Below are positions 30,401-41,397 of a stretch of DNA of 64,000 nucleotides, piece by piece. Both the position numbers and the translations under genes were made by a program. Each line of letters opens with the position of its first letter. Within the stretch, counting starts at the first letter, position 1. Under the pieces are notes generated by a model. That model had not been told where the DNA came from and did no database searches. It saw only the letters and a program-made list of their open reading frames with translations. The DNA is taken from NCBI GenBank assembly GCA_963755915.1, contig CAVWLP010000002.1, positions 1,664,001 to 1,728,000 on the forward strand, read 5' to 3'. This DNA comes from an uncultured Phycisphaerales bacterium. Lineage in GTDB: Bacteria; Planctomycetota; Phycisphaerae; Tepidisphaerales; Tepidisphaeraceae.

Positions 30401-30951
30401 CGCTTTTCTGGGCGGGGGCGCGGATTACGACAGCCGGCGGGAAGCAGATTCCGCTTGCGGATTTGCCGATGAAGTTCAGCAATGTGACGCCGGCGCCGGG
30501 GAAGGATACGGATTATCTGGGTGGGCCGGTGAAGATCGCGGGGAATGCGTACACGGATGACGTGGCGGCGGAGCCTGCGGATTCGGCGGAAGCGGGGGTG
30601 GTGACGGTGGATTTGACGGGGGTGGACGCGAAGCGGTTTACGGCCGTGGTGGGGAGCGATTATCCGCTGGGGGACGAGTTTCAGCGGCGCAAGACGTATG
30701 CGGTGCGCAGCGAAGGGACGGAAGCGAATTTTCTGACGGTGATTGAGCCGTTTGAAAAATCGCCGATGGTGAAATCGGCATCGGCGACGGGGCCGGGGGA
30801 ATTTGAAGCGGACCTGGCGGATGGGAGGGTGCAGAGGATCGAGATTCAGAATTTCCAGGGAGACGGTAAGAATATCGGGATAACGCTGACGCAGAGCGAA
30901 GGGGGAAAAACGGTGACCGAGAGTTGTAATTCGGCGACTTCGAATCCGTGA
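27416..30951 (+). CDS. Secreted alginate lyase/heparinase II/III-like polysaccharide lyase with accessory beta-sandwich domains (frameshift near 27885)
   Basis: Signal peptide in ORF 27416-27979 continuing into ORF 27892-30951; QEGHFF, INNWNLAE, DDGWWYECSISYN, HGWAHGHFD, HNMVVVD. Confidence 0.8.
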
Positions 30952-30965
30952 ATTGGAGTATTGAG

Positions 30966-33674
30966 ATGAAGCTGGTCATTTTTCTGATTCCGGTGCTGAT
31001 GGCGGGTTGTGCGGCGGCGGCAGAACATCCGGAGGTGCTGGTGAACCCGGGGGATCGCGAGGCGATCGTCGCGAAGATTCAGGATGACGACTGGGCGAAG
31101 CAGAAGTATGAGAAGATCAAGGCAAACGTGGATGAGCTGATGCGCGAAAGCGGGGGCGATCAGCAGTGGCTAACGTCGCGGCTGGCGATGAACTGGCAGA
31201 CGCATTTTACCACGGCGGATTGCGTGATGGCGCGGTTTGCGGGGGGCGAAGGGCATGCACCGATTCCCACGCCGCGGTTTGCGGGAGCGAGGGATTGGGC
31301 GACAATTTACACGGCGCCGGTAAGAATCGGGGATTTTCGGCCTTGGAATGATGATGCGAAGGGTCAGATTTTTCTGCACGATCGGGAATCGAACCGGGAT
31401 GTGTGGGTGCAGCCGGGTTTGACGGGGCGGACGATTGAATCGATCAACCAGCGGGTGATGGAGGCTGCGGAAGATTCGGCGTTTGTTTACTGGATTACCG
31501 GCGACAAGAGGTATGCGCATTTCGCGGCGGGGGCGTTGATGACGTATATGCAGGGGTTTGCTTACGTGACCCCGCCGAAGGTGCCGGCGGGGGATCGGAC
31601 GATTCCGCCGATCATCGGGATGACGTCGTTTGAGGTGATTCACGAGGATATCGTGACGCCGCTGGCGCTGACGTATGACTTTCTTTACGAATATCTGAAG
31701 GGCGACGGGCAGGATGTGACGGTGGTGCAGAGCGGGTTGAAGCGGATGATTCAGCGGGTGATCGACGGGGGAATGCGCGAGGGGAACTGGAATCTGAACA
31801 AGGCGCGGATCATTGCCTATGGGGCGCTGGCGCTGGAGGACGATAGGGCGTATGCGGATCGGCGCGGGCGGGAGTATTTCGTGAACATCGTGCTGAATGC
31901 GCAGTTGCCGCATCAGTATGGGATCACCCATGTGATTCATCATGCGTTCGACGAGGCGACAGCGATGTGGCCGGAGGCGTGCGGGTATGGGTTTGGCGCG
32001 GCAAAGGACATCACGCTGATCGCGTCGCTGACGGGAAATACCGCGGAGGGAAAGGCGGTTTTGAGTGATCCGATCCTGCAGCGGAACGTGCTGGCGCAGG
32101 CGAACCTGACTTTTCCGAACGGGATCGCGGCGGGGCTGGGGGATACGACCGACACGCGGGTGAATGCGGAGCAACTGGAGCTGCTGATCGCGGCAGCGCG
32201 GGCGCGCGGGGATGCGGAGATGGAGGGGCGGTTTACTTCGATCCTGCGCGGTGAGATCGATTCGGGCAATGATGTGCGGGCGAATTCGCCGGACGATCTG
32301 GTGGCGCTGACGAAGTTTGTGGGGGAGCTGAAGTCGGCGCCGGCGGGGCAATTGCCGCTCGTGAGAGCGTTCTTTGGAAGGCCGCTGAATGTGCTGATGC
32401 TGCGGAATCTGACGGGGGATGTGCAGACATCGCTGGCGGCGGCGATGTATGGGACGGCGGGGGGGCATGTTCATGCCAATGGGCTGGCGATTGAGCTGTT
32501 TGGCGCGGGATTGAAAATGGGGTGCGATCCGGGGCGGGGGGAGAGCTACTGGACGAGGGACCATGCGGAGTATTACAGCCAGCCGCCGGCGCATAACACG
32601 GTGATCGTGGATGGGGTTTCGGATTATCGCGTGACGCCGCAGGAGCAAATCGGGATGACGGTGGAGCATTCGGAGCCGGCGTATTCGCTGACGGCTGAAT
32701 CGTCGCCGGGGTTGTGCGCGAATATCGGGTTTGCGCAGTGCGGGTTTGAATATGACTCGCCCCCGGCGACGCAGCAGCGGACTTTGGCGCTGGTGCGGCC
32801 GATGGAGGGAACGGGCGGGTTTTATTTCGACGTGTTTCGGTCGCGGGCTCAGCGGGGCGGGGCGCAATTTCATGATTATCTTTATCACGATATCGGGGAG
32901 CTTGAGTCGCTGACGGATTCGGGAGGAAATCCGCTGCGCGTGGAGGCGACGAATCAGCTTCAGCATGACGGGAATCTGTTGCGGGGCTACAACTATTTTT
33001 CGAGGGAAAGGTCGATCAGGACGGAGGCGGGTTGGCGGGCGCGGTTTGGCATAGATGTCGGCGGCGTTGAGCGGCGGATGGATTTGTGGATGCCGGGGCA
33101 GGAGGGGCGGACAATTTTTTCGGTGGATGGGCCGGCGAACCATGAGATGCGGGACAATCAGAATGTCATGACCGCGCCGATGCCGACGATGATCGTTCGG
33201 CAGGAGGGGAGCGCGTGGGATCGGCCGTTTATCGCGGTGTATGAGCCTTCGACGGAGGAGCATCCGGCGAGCATCGGGGCGGTGGAGCTGGCAAAGATTT
33301 CGCCGCAGGATGGGGGGCTGGCGGCGTGTGTGGTGCGGGGGAAATCGTCAGCCTATAGAGCGGTTTTGTTGCAGGATGATCGCGCAGAGAGAAAACATGA
33401 AAACGTGGAGGGGGTTTCGTTTGCGGGAAGTTTTGGGGCGGTGATTCGGATCGCCGGGCAGGCGCCGGAGGTTTATCTGGGGAGTGGGACGATGATTTCT
33501 GATACAGGTGTCGCGGTGGAGGCGGCGGATCCAAAGGGAGGTGCGATTGGGGCGGCAGTTTGGCACGATGGCGACGGGTGGAGGTATTCGGCGACGGGGC
33601 GGGTTCGGGTGACGTTGGGTGTGGCGACGGTGATTTTGCCCGCGGCGGTGGATGGGAAGATTTCGGGGCCATAG
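30966..33674 (+). CDS. Heparinase II/III-family lyase, putative lipoprotein
   Basis: MKLVIFLIPVLMAGC lipobox; GNWN, WPEACGY, GGHVHANGLAIELFG, AHNTVIVDG. Confidence 0.82.
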   Translation: MKLVIFLIPVLMAGCAAAAEHPEVLVNPGDREAIVAKIQDDDWAKQKYEKIKANVDELMRESGGDQQWLTSRLAMNWQTHFTTADCVMARFAGGEGHAPIPTPRFAGARDWATIYTAPVRIGDFRPWNDDAKGQIFLHDRESNRDVWVQPGLTGRTIESINQRVMEAAEDSAFVYWITGDKRYAHFAAGALMTYMQGFAYVTPPKVPAGDRTIPPIIGMTSFEVIHEDIVTPLALTYDFLYEYLKGDGQDVTVVQSGLKRMIQRVIDGGMREGNWNLNKARIIAYGALALEDDRAYADRRGREYFVNIVLNAQLPHQYGITHVIHHAFDEATAMWPEACGYGFGAAKDITLIASLTGNTAEGKAVLSDPILQRNVLAQANLTFPNGIAAGLGDTTDTRVNAEQLELLIAAARARGDAEMEGRFTSILRGEIDSGNDVRANSPDDLVALTKFVGELKSAPAGQLPLVRAFFGRPLNVLMLRNLTGDVQTSLAAAMYGTAGGHVHANGLAIELFGAGLKMGCDPGRGESYWTRDHAEYYSQPPAHNTVIVDGVSDYRVTPQEQIGMTVEHSEPAYSLTAESSPGLCANIGFAQCGFEYDSPPATQQRTLALVRPMEGTGGFYFDVFRSRAQRGGAQFHDYLYHDIGELESLTDSGGNPLRVEATNQLQHDGNLLRGYNYFSRERSIRTEAGWRARFGIDVGGVERRMDLWMPGQEGRTIFSVDGPANHEMRDNQNVMTAPMPTMIVRQEGSAWDRPFIAVYEPSTEEHPASIGAVELAKISPQDGGLAACVVRGKSSAYRAVLLQDDRAERKHENVEGVSFAGSFGAVIRIAGQAPEVYLGSGTMISDTGVAVEAADPKGGAIGAAVWHDGDGWRYSATGRVRVTLGVATVILPAAVDGKISGP

Positions 33675-33705
33675 ATGAGAAATCGGAATTTGTGGGGATC
33701 CGAAA

Positions 33706-33733
33706 ACGCGCCCCGCAAGCGGGGCGGCTACAC
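33706..33733 (+). repeat. Family B short hairpin repeat
   Basis: acgcgccccgcaagcggggcggctacac; copies at 48032 and 51204. Confidence 0.8.
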
Positions 33734-33765
33734 AGGGAGATGGACGAGCTTTGCATCTTGGGATG

Positions 33766-34619
33766 TCATCTGGAATGCGGGACGCGGATTTTGATTTCGT
33801 AGTCGGAGCCGCCGTTGGTGTCGCAGAAATAAATGTTCAGGGCGTTGTCGGCTTTTTCCATGACGAGGGTGTCGCGGCCGGTCTGGGATTCGATTTGGGC
33901 GGAGGTGAAATCGAGGTTGGTGAAATCGATTTCATTGAAGGTGTGGGTTGCGTTGATGTCCCAGGGGTGATTGTTGATCTGGATGTTGGATGGCCAGTTT
34001 TCGGCGACGTGATTCCAGGTTGCGCCGGTGGGGGAGATGGTGAGAATGTCGCTGCCGTTGCCGATGGAGGCCTTGATGTCGAGGAGGGTGGAATCCGCGG
34101 GAAGGGTTGCGGGGGATGACGGGTTGGCTGCTGTGATTTGGGGAGGAAGATGAGGGCGATTCGATAGGGTGCAGCGCCGCTCTGGGGGTCGGCGAAGTGA
34201 ATGGCGATGCCGGTGGAGGTTTTTTCGAGGGCGACGGTGCCGCGGCCGTGGCGGCTTACGACGGTTGCGGTGGAGAGATCGGCATCGGAGAGGCCGACTT
34301 GGGCAAGCGTGCGGTGTGAGTCGGGATAAAAGCGTTTGTCATTGAGGGTCATAAATGGGGGAGGCTGCCAGGAGATGTGCCTGAGGGTGACGCCGCTGGG
34401 GGTGATGTTCAGGACGTCGCTGCCGTCGATCATGGCTTGAATTTCCAGGGGAATGAGCTGGTTTTCGGGGGTGACGGTTGCCTGGGCGGGGGACGGGGGC
34501 GCGGAGGGGTTTGAATTTTCGCCGAGGAAGAACCAGGCGATCAGAACGACGCAGAGTGCGCAGGCGAGGATCAAGGCGCTGATGGCGGCGGCGAGGAGGA
34601 GCTTTCTTTGGGAGGACAT
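33766..34619 (-). CDS. Membrane-anchored hypothetical protein with two tandem homologous domains (frameshift near 34110)
   Basis: N-terminal TM helix; domain 1 LEIQAMIDGSDVLNITPSG..GRGTVALEK..FAD; domain 2 in another frame LDIKASIGNGSDILTISPTG..GRDTLVMEK..FCD, ending VPHSR*. Confidence 0.7.
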
Positions 34620-34644
34620 GGAGCGGTCGATGGCGGTTTTTAGT

Positions 34645-36795
34645 TTACGACTCTTTCATCAGTAACAAAATTCTTGCGCTGAAAGGTTGGGGGGAATTCC
34701 AGGTGAGGGTTTCGTGGTCGAGAGAGATGGTTCCGTCTGTGCCGAAATTTTCTGCCATGCGCCAGTTTGCGGCGGGCAGGGGGACGTGAAGGGGTGAGGA
34801 TGGAGGGGAGGCGAATGTGTGCATCACCACTAGTGCGGATTGGTTGGCCGCGGATATTCGGCGGATCGCCTGCCAGCCGGTGGGGTGACGCCAGCTTTGG
34901 CCGATTTCGCCGAAGCGGTGGGAGATGCCGTCGCGGATGATCGTGGCGGCGCGGCGATAGATGTTCATCGCTTCCTGGACGCGTTGCCATTGGGCGGGCG
35001 TGAGGCGATCGATTTCGCCGCTGAGGCACATTCGGCCGAGGAAGGCAGCGGCGAGGCTGAAGTCGAGCCGGCGCGGGGAGTCGGCGGCGTGGAGGACGGC
35101 CCAGATCTGGCTTTGGCGCGGGAGCATCAGACGGTGCAGGTTGGCGGCGATGAGGGGGATTTCGGGAAGCTCATGGGCGTCGGAAAAACTGCTCATCGCG
35201 GTGCGCACCATCATGCCGGGCTCGAGGCGGTGGCCGCCGCTGGAGCAGTTTTCGATGACCAGGTCGGGAAGCTCGGCGCGGATGCGCTCGAAGAATTTAT
35301 AGACGGCGTCGATCTGTCGGCGGAGGGCTTCGCCGGGGCTTTCAGCGCCGTCGCAACCGAAGCCGATGGTTTCGTTGTAATCGACTTTCAGATAGCCGAA
35401 GTTGCAGTCGCGCAGGAGGGCGATGACGTGCTGGGAGAGGTAATCGACGGCGGCGGGGTTTTGCAGGTTCCAGAATCGGCGGTTGCGGACGGTGATGGGA
35501 ATGCCGTCGCGGTGAAGGAGCATGTCGACGAGTGAGAAGGCGGCGGAGCAGTCGCCGACGGTTTCCATTTCGAACCAGAGGCCGGGGATGAGCCCGCGCT
35601 GGCGGATGGCGGCGGCGGTGGTGGCGAGGCCTTCGGGGAAAAGTTTGGGGCTGGGGATCCAGTCGCCATGGCCGGTGGACCAGTCGCTGCCTTCGGTTTT
35701 GTACCAGCCGGCGTCGATGACGAGATATTTGATCGGCGAGCCCGCGAGGCGATCCGCGATGGCGACGAGTCGCTGGTGGCTTGGGTCGCCCCAGGTGGTG
35801 CACCATTCGTTGAAGACGATCGGCAGGTCGTGCTCGACCGCCGGCTGAGATTTGAGATGGCGGGCCTGGGCGGCGGTAAGGCGGTCGCAGAGGTCGTCGA
35901 GCGTGCCGGCGACGCAGGCGACGGTTGCGGGGGGAGTGGTGAAGGATTCGCCGGGGGAGAGGGTTTTCGTCCAGTGGCCGTATTCGCGATCGGCGATTCC
36001 GCCGCTGATGGAGAGGTCGTCATTCTGACGGGAGATTTCGAGTTGCCAGGAGCCTGCCCAGGAAAGCTGCGCCCCAGAGGACGCCGGCGGCGAGGTCTTC
36101 GACGGCGACGAAGGGAAACCAGCCGCGGACGGGCATGGAGCCGATCTGTCCGAAGCGTTCGCTGAAGAGGCCGGAGCCGCTCCAGCTTCGTTCGAGGTGG
36201 AGCTGTTCGATCGTTTGCGAATCGAGCCGCCCTTCGGCCTCCAGACGCTGCGGAAGCGGTGGACGCGGAGGCGGTTTGGGGCGTCGGCCGGATCGAACGG
36301 CGTGATTCCGCCGAGGGAGAAGGTGGTGAGCATTTCGAGGGTGACGGGCTTGGGGGACGCGTTGGAAATCGTCGTGTTGATTTGGGCGGCGGATTCGTTT
36401 TCGTGCCAGGTGAGGCGATGTTGAAGCGTCACAGCTTCGGGGGATCGTAATTCGGTGAGGATTGTGGTGACGCCATCTTTTTCGATGCGCTGCTGGTTGG
36501 CGAATTTGAAGCGATCGTTGGAGGGCGCGCTGCGCATGGTTCGGCCCTGGGCGAAAGCGCCGGGGTAGGGGTCGCCGACGATTTTTAGATGGACGAGTGG
36601 ATCTACGGCGATGGCCGGAGGCGGATTGGGATCGGGCAGGGCGTCGATGAACGGTTCACCGCGAAGGGTCTGCCGGCGCGAGGCGAGCTGATTGGCTTTG
36701 AATTTTGGGAAGAGGGTCAGGCCGACGCGGCCATGGGAGTCGGTGAGATACTGCGCCACGGTGTCGGCGAAGGGGAAGGAGGAGAGGGTTTGCAT
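34645..36795 (-). CDS. GH36 alpha-galactosidase (compensating frameshifts near 36070-36240)
   Basis: IVFNEWC, YLVIDAGWY, GLWFEME, YLKVDYN, IENCSSGGHR, SFSDAHE. Confidence 0.9.
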   Translation of the reverse strand: MQTLSSFPFADTVAQYLTDSHGRVGLTLFPKFKANQLASRRQTLRGEPFIDALPDPNPPPAIAVDPLVHLKIVGDPYPGAFAQGRTMRSAPSNDRFKFANQQRIEKDGVTTILTELRSPEAVTLQHRLTWHENESAAQINTTISNASPKPVTLEMLTTFSLGGITPFDPADAPNRLRVHRFRSVWRPKGGSIRKRSNSSTSNEAGAAPASSANASDRSAPCPSAAGFPSSPSKTSPPASSGAQLSWAGSWQLEISRQNDDLSISGGIADREYGHWTKTLSPGESFTTPPATVACVAGTLDDLCDRLTAAQARHLKSQPAVEHDLPIVFNEWCTTWGDPSHQRLVAIADRLAGSPIKYLVIDAGWYKTEGSDWSTGHGDWIPSPKLFPEGLATTAAAIRQRGLIPGLWFEMETVGDCSAAFSLVDMLLHRDGIPITVRNRRFWNLQNPAAVDYLSQHVIALLRDCNFGYLKVDYNETIGFGCDGAESPGEALRRQIDAVYKFFERIRAELPDLVIENCSSGGHRLEPGMMVRTAMSSFSDAHELPEIPLIAANLHRLMLPRQSQIWAVLHAADSPRRLDFSLAAAFLGRMCLSGEIDRLTPAQWQRVQEAMNIYRRAATIIRDGISHRFGEIGQSWRHPTGWQAIRRISAANQSALVVMHTFASPPSSPLHVPLPAANWRMAENFGTDGTISLDHETLTWNSPQPFSARILLLMKES

Positions 36796-37159
36796 TCGTC
36801 GGGTGCATTCTAATGGATTCGCGGCCACAGTCTGTGCCGGGCCTGGTCTCCATTTATGTTGTATAGTGGTTCGTCTCTGATTGCGGCATAAAGGGCGGGG
36901 ATTGCGTCAAAGGTTTCCGGCTACTTTCACTATTTGCCACATGGTAAATACGCGGTAGTTCTATGACGCATGCGACAGGTTTCTTTATATAAGTTGTTTA
37001 TTTAAAGAGTATTATAATTTTAACATCGTCTTTATCTATTAATTACCTCACATATCCCATAGATTATTGTTCAGATCAGGGCAGAATTTATTTGCAATTT
37101 GTAAAAGGCTGTGAGATAATCGTTTTAAGCATATAGGTCTCATCTAATTGGAGGGCAAA

Positions 37160-38995
37160 ATGTCGAATACTGGGCGCGTTGTCGCGTGCAATTCCGGGAA
37201 GAAATCGAATCGGTTCAGTTCATCGGGCAAGTGGCTTGCGGCTGCTGCCGGCGCGGCGTGGGTGCAGATTTTGCCTTCGTCGCATGGATGGCAGACAGCT
37301 CGGGCCGATGTGGTCGTTTGGACGGCCGCGAGCAGCACTAGCTGGGACGGTACGAGTTCGAACTGGAACGATCTTACAAATCCGCCCACGACAACTTACG
37401 CGGATGGTGATGCGGTGCAGTTTTCAGGGTCGTCGCCTGGGGGAAATGTTGTCATCGGCAACGTAACGGGATCAACCCCCAATGGCGTTTCGCCGGCTTC
37501 AGTTGAGTTCACCTCCGGAAGTGACAGCTACACCTTCACCAACGCCAGCGGGGATACAAATGGTATCCAGGGCGCCGCGACCGTGACTCTCGATTCGGGG
37601 TACAGCGGAACGGCGTTCTTCAACAATACAAACACTTATACCGGTCAAACCACGATCGATGGCGGCTCACTTGAGATAAACGGTAGCATGACGGCGCCTT
37701 ATGGCGTCGGCAATAGCCCTATCGTGCTTGGCGGCGGAACACTGGCGCTTCATCAATCGGGCACCCTCAACTCAAACAATTCGATTACGGTCACTTCCGG
37801 AACCACCACGAGCGCAATTGCCGCGGGATCGACCGGGTATAACTGGGTCTATTCGGGCGCAGTGTCGAGTTCCGCCGGCGCGACCGCAACCAATACCGTT
37901 CTGAATTTTCTAGGTGGCAATACCAATACCCTTTCGACTCTGTCCGGCTTTACCGGCACGGTCGAACTTGGCGGCGATGGCGGTGGTTCCGTCCGCCTGA
38001 ATGACGGCGCGGCGACTGCTGCCGCGGGCGGCAGCGCCACGGCGATCTTCGATCTCGGCACCAGCACCGCGACCCTCGCATCCTATAACGGCGGAGGCGC
38101 CGCTCTGGCCGACGCGATTCCGCTTGGTGCTATCGAGGGAAGCGGCGCTAGCTTCCTCAGAGGCGCCGGACACTCCGGCAGCACGGTTTTTGCCATCGGC
38201 GGTTTGGGGCTGACCACCAGCTTCTCCGGCACGATTGAAAACGGTAGTGGCAGTGGCTCGCCTCCCCTAGGTCTCGAAATCGTCGGCGGTGCTTTGACGC
38301 TGACCGGCAATAACACCTACGGCGGGCTTTCGGGTCTCGTGGGCACCAGCATCGAGAACGGGGCACTCTACGCCAACAACACCACCAGCTCGACAGGAAC
38401 CGGCGGCGTCCTCGTCGCCGGCAAAACCGGCATCGGCGCCGGCTACGGCATCCTTGGCGGCAACGGAACCGTACTCGACGGCACCACCGTTAACAGCCCC
38501 ACCGCAGGCGTCTCTTCATTCGCAGAAGGTGGCCTCATTGCTCCAGGCGTTTCGGGCGTCTCAGGACCGGTCGGAACGCTCACGCTCACCGGCGGCCTGA
38601 CCCTCAACGACTGGACGAATCTGGCCTACACCCTCAATGACACGAACGCTTCCGGAAACGATCTGATTTCAACCCTCAACACCAACCTGACTCTTTCCGG
38701 CAACAGCCTGACGCAGGTCGCCTTCGCCTTTGATAACGGCGACCCGGCACTTGGTGTTCCCTACGATCTCATCAACTACGGTACGGGCACTCTCGGCTAT
38801 GTCGCCGGGGGCAGCAATGCAAGTGTTTCCGGCTGGACTGCCACGGGCGTGCCAGGCGGCGATACCGCCACATTCAGCACCCCGGGCAACGGACAGGTGG
38901 ACGTTACCTTCACTCCGGTGCCGGAACCGGCGACAATCGGAATGCTGGGCATCGCTTCACTTGGCCTGATGCGTCGCCGCAAAGCCCGGGCATGA
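37160..38995 (+). CDS. Secreted PEP-CTERM protein with beta-strand repeats
   Basis: NTYTGQTTIDGG, LTLTGNNTYGG repeats; VPEPATIGMLGIASLGLMRRRK; GGAGG RBS. Confidence 0.9.
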   Translation: MSNTGRVVACNSGKKSNRFSSSGKWLAAAAGAAWVQILPSSHGWQTARADVVVWTAASSTSWDGTSSNWNDLTNPPTTTYADGDAVQFSGSSPGGNVVIGNVTGSTPNGVSPASVEFTSGSDSYTFTNASGDTNGIQGAATVTLDSGYSGTAFFNNTNTYTGQTTIDGGSLEINGSMTAPYGVGNSPIVLGGGTLALHQSGTLNSNNSITVTSGTTTSAIAAGSTGYNWVYSGAVSSSAGATATNTVLNFLGGNTNTLSTLSGFTGTVELGGDGGGSVRLNDGAATAAAGGSATAIFDLGTSTATLASYNGGGAALADAIPLGAIEGSGASFLRGAGHSGSTVFAIGGLGLTTSFSGTIENGSGSGSPPLGLEIVGGALTLTGNNTYGGLSGLVGTSIENGALYANNTTSSTGTGGVLVAGKTGIGAGYGILGGNGTVLDGTTVNSPTAGVSSFAEGGLIAPGVSGVSGPVGTLTLTGGLTLNDWTNLAYTLNDTNASGNDLISTLNTNLTLSGNSLTQVAFAFDNGDPALGVPYDLINYGTGTLGYVAGGSNASVSGWTATGVPGGDTATFSTPGNGQVDVTFTPVPEPATIGMLGIASLGLMRRRKARA

Positions 38996-39032
38996 TTTGA
39001 AGTGCCTGAGACTCCTCCGATTAGACAAATTT

Positions 39033-39073
39033 CTGCCCGGCTTGCTTCGGTAAGCCGGGCAGTTTTGTTTTTT
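39033..39073 (+). terminator. Rho-independent terminator
   Basis: ctgcccggcttgc-ttcg-gtaagccgggcag followed by a T-rich run. Confidence 0.85.
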
Positions 39074-39184
39074 GGGGTACCGCGCCATTTGCAGGCCGTC
39101 CGCATTCAGACAAAGGTCAACGGACCATCGGAGATGAGACGCTGATTGGTTGGGATTGCTGCGGCGGCTAAGATTCTATCGGGA

Positions 39185-41352
39185 ATGCCCGGTACGCGAA
39201 TCGAAAATTTGTTTGATCTGGCGCTTCAGCACCAGCGAGCCGGCCGGCTGAAAGAGGCGGAGGCGGCCTATCGGCAGGTTCTTGCCGCAGCGCCCCAGCA
39301 CGTCGATGCCCTTCAAAACCTGGGGCTGATCGTGCAGCAGACGGGACGGATGCAGCTTGCGGTGGATTTGATCGGCAAAGCCGTGCAGTTGCGGCCGGGG
39401 TATGCCCGTGCGGTGAGCAATCTGGCCCGGGCGCTACAGGACAATGGACAGATTGATGAAGCGGTTGCGACGGCGCGGCGTGCGATTGGGCTCAAGCCGG
39501 CGCTCGGCGAGGCGTTTAATAACCTGGCGAGCGCGCTGATTGCAAAAGGAGAATTCGATGAGGCGATTTCAGCCTGCCGGCAGGCGATTGCCATCAATCC
39601 GAAATTGTTTCAGGCGTATGGAAATCTTGGCACGGCGCTTACCGCCAGGGAACAATTTGCAGAGGCGATTGGGGCCTATCGGCAGTTGATCGCGCTGAAG
39701 CCTGACGTTGCCCAGGCGCATTTTAATTTAGGGGATGCGCTAACAAAAACCGGTCGGCTTGATGACGCGATCGCGGAATATCGCCGGGCGGTTGAATTGA
39801 AGCCGGATTACGTCGAGTGCCTGACCGAACTTGGATGTGCTTTGCAAACCAAGGGATTTGTGGGTCTGGCCATCGAGGCTTACCGCAAGGCGCTGGCGCT
39901 GAATCCGGAGCTCGGCGAGGCGCATGGCAATTTGGGCAACGCGCTGCGGGATAAGGGTGAACTGGACGAAGCCATCGCGCATCATCAGCGGGCGATTGTT
40001 CTTATGCCCAATTCTGCCCTGGCGCAAAACAATCTGGGAAGCGCGTTGCTGGGCGCGCAGAGCTTGATGACGCGATTGCCGCCTACAAGCGGGCCCTGGA
40101 GCTGAAGCCCGGTTATGCGGATGCGGACAGCAATCTGATTTTGGCGCTGCTTTATCGAAGCGGAGATGACGATGCGCTGATTGCTTCGCAGTGCCGCGCG
40201 TGGTCGGACGCGCATGTTCAGCCGCATCGATTTGAGATGGTTGGACATGCGAACGAGCGATTGCCGGAGCGGCGGCTGCGGATTGGATATGTTTCGGGGG
40301 ATTTGCGAAGGCATCCAGTCGGATATTTTTTGCAGCCGTTGCTGGAGCATCATGACCGCGGAAATTTTGAGGTTTACGGTTACTCGAACTCGAGAATTTC
40401 GGATGAGCATACGAAATGCCTAAGGGCATTTTGCGATGTGTGGCGCGATGTTGTGGACTTGCCGGATGAACAGGCGGCTTCGCAGATAAGGGAGGATGCT
40501 ATAGATGTTCTGATCGACCTGGGTGCGCATATGCGCGACAACCGCCTGATGGTGCTGGCGCGGAAGCCCGCACCGGTGCAGGTTGCGCATCTGGCGTACC
40601 CGGCGAGAATCGGGCTGGAAAGCATCGACTATCGGTTTACCGATCCGTATCTGGATCCTCCCGGCGAGGAGCCGGCGGGGGAACGAATCTTTCGCCTGCC
40701 GCATACTTACTGGTGCTATGTGCCGCCAATGGAGGCGGGGGAGATCGCTGAGCCGCCGATGTTGCGCGCGGGATTTGTCACCTTCGGGTGCCTGAATAAT
40801 TTTGCCAAGGTTTCGCCGGCGGCGCTGGAGGTGTGGAGGAAAATCCTTGTCGCTGTTCCGGAATCCCGTCTGCTGCTGCACGCGCTGGAGGGAAGTCATC
40901 GTGATCGAGTGTGGGAAATGTTTTTACAAGCGGGAATCGATCGTGGACGAGTGAGTTTCGTGGGGTGGATGAGTTCGAAGGAGCACATGGATCAATACCA
41001 GCGGATCGATATCGCGCTGGATCCGTTTCCCTTTGCCGGAGGGACGACGACGTGCAACGCACTTTGGATGGGCGTCCCGGTGGTGACTCTTGCCGGGCGA
41101 ACCTCCATCGGACGAGGGGGAGTAAGTATTCTGAGCAATGTGGGGCTTACGGAATTGATCGCGGGGAACCGGGAAGAATATGTACGGATCGCCGCGGAGC
41201 TGGCGGGCGATGCGCGCCGGTTGAATGAATACCGTGTGACGATGCGGGAGAAAATGCGGCAATCGCCGCTGATGGATGGGGAGGCGTATGCCCGGGGAAT
41301 TGAGGGGGCGTATCGGGAATTGTGGCGGAGATGGTGCTGCCGGCAGCCATGA
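39185..41352 (+). CDS. TPR plus GT41 (SPINDLY/OGT-like) protein O-glycosyltransferase (frameshift near 40060)
   Basis: About 9 TPRs, then RLRIGYVSGDLRRHPV, IDVLIDLG, KPAPVQV, TFGCLNNFAKV, DIALDPFPFAGGTTTCNALWMGVPVVTL. Confidence 0.92.
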
Positions 41353-41397
41353 TTTGGAGCACTCGCCGTTGGGCGAGCGGGTATCTACAATAACGTC

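Noticed and set aside
36930-37150. AT-rich stretch as a replication origin or foreign DNA
   Set aside because: No DnaA-box cluster seen; its position fits a divergent promoter region between GH36 and a PEP-CTERM gene.
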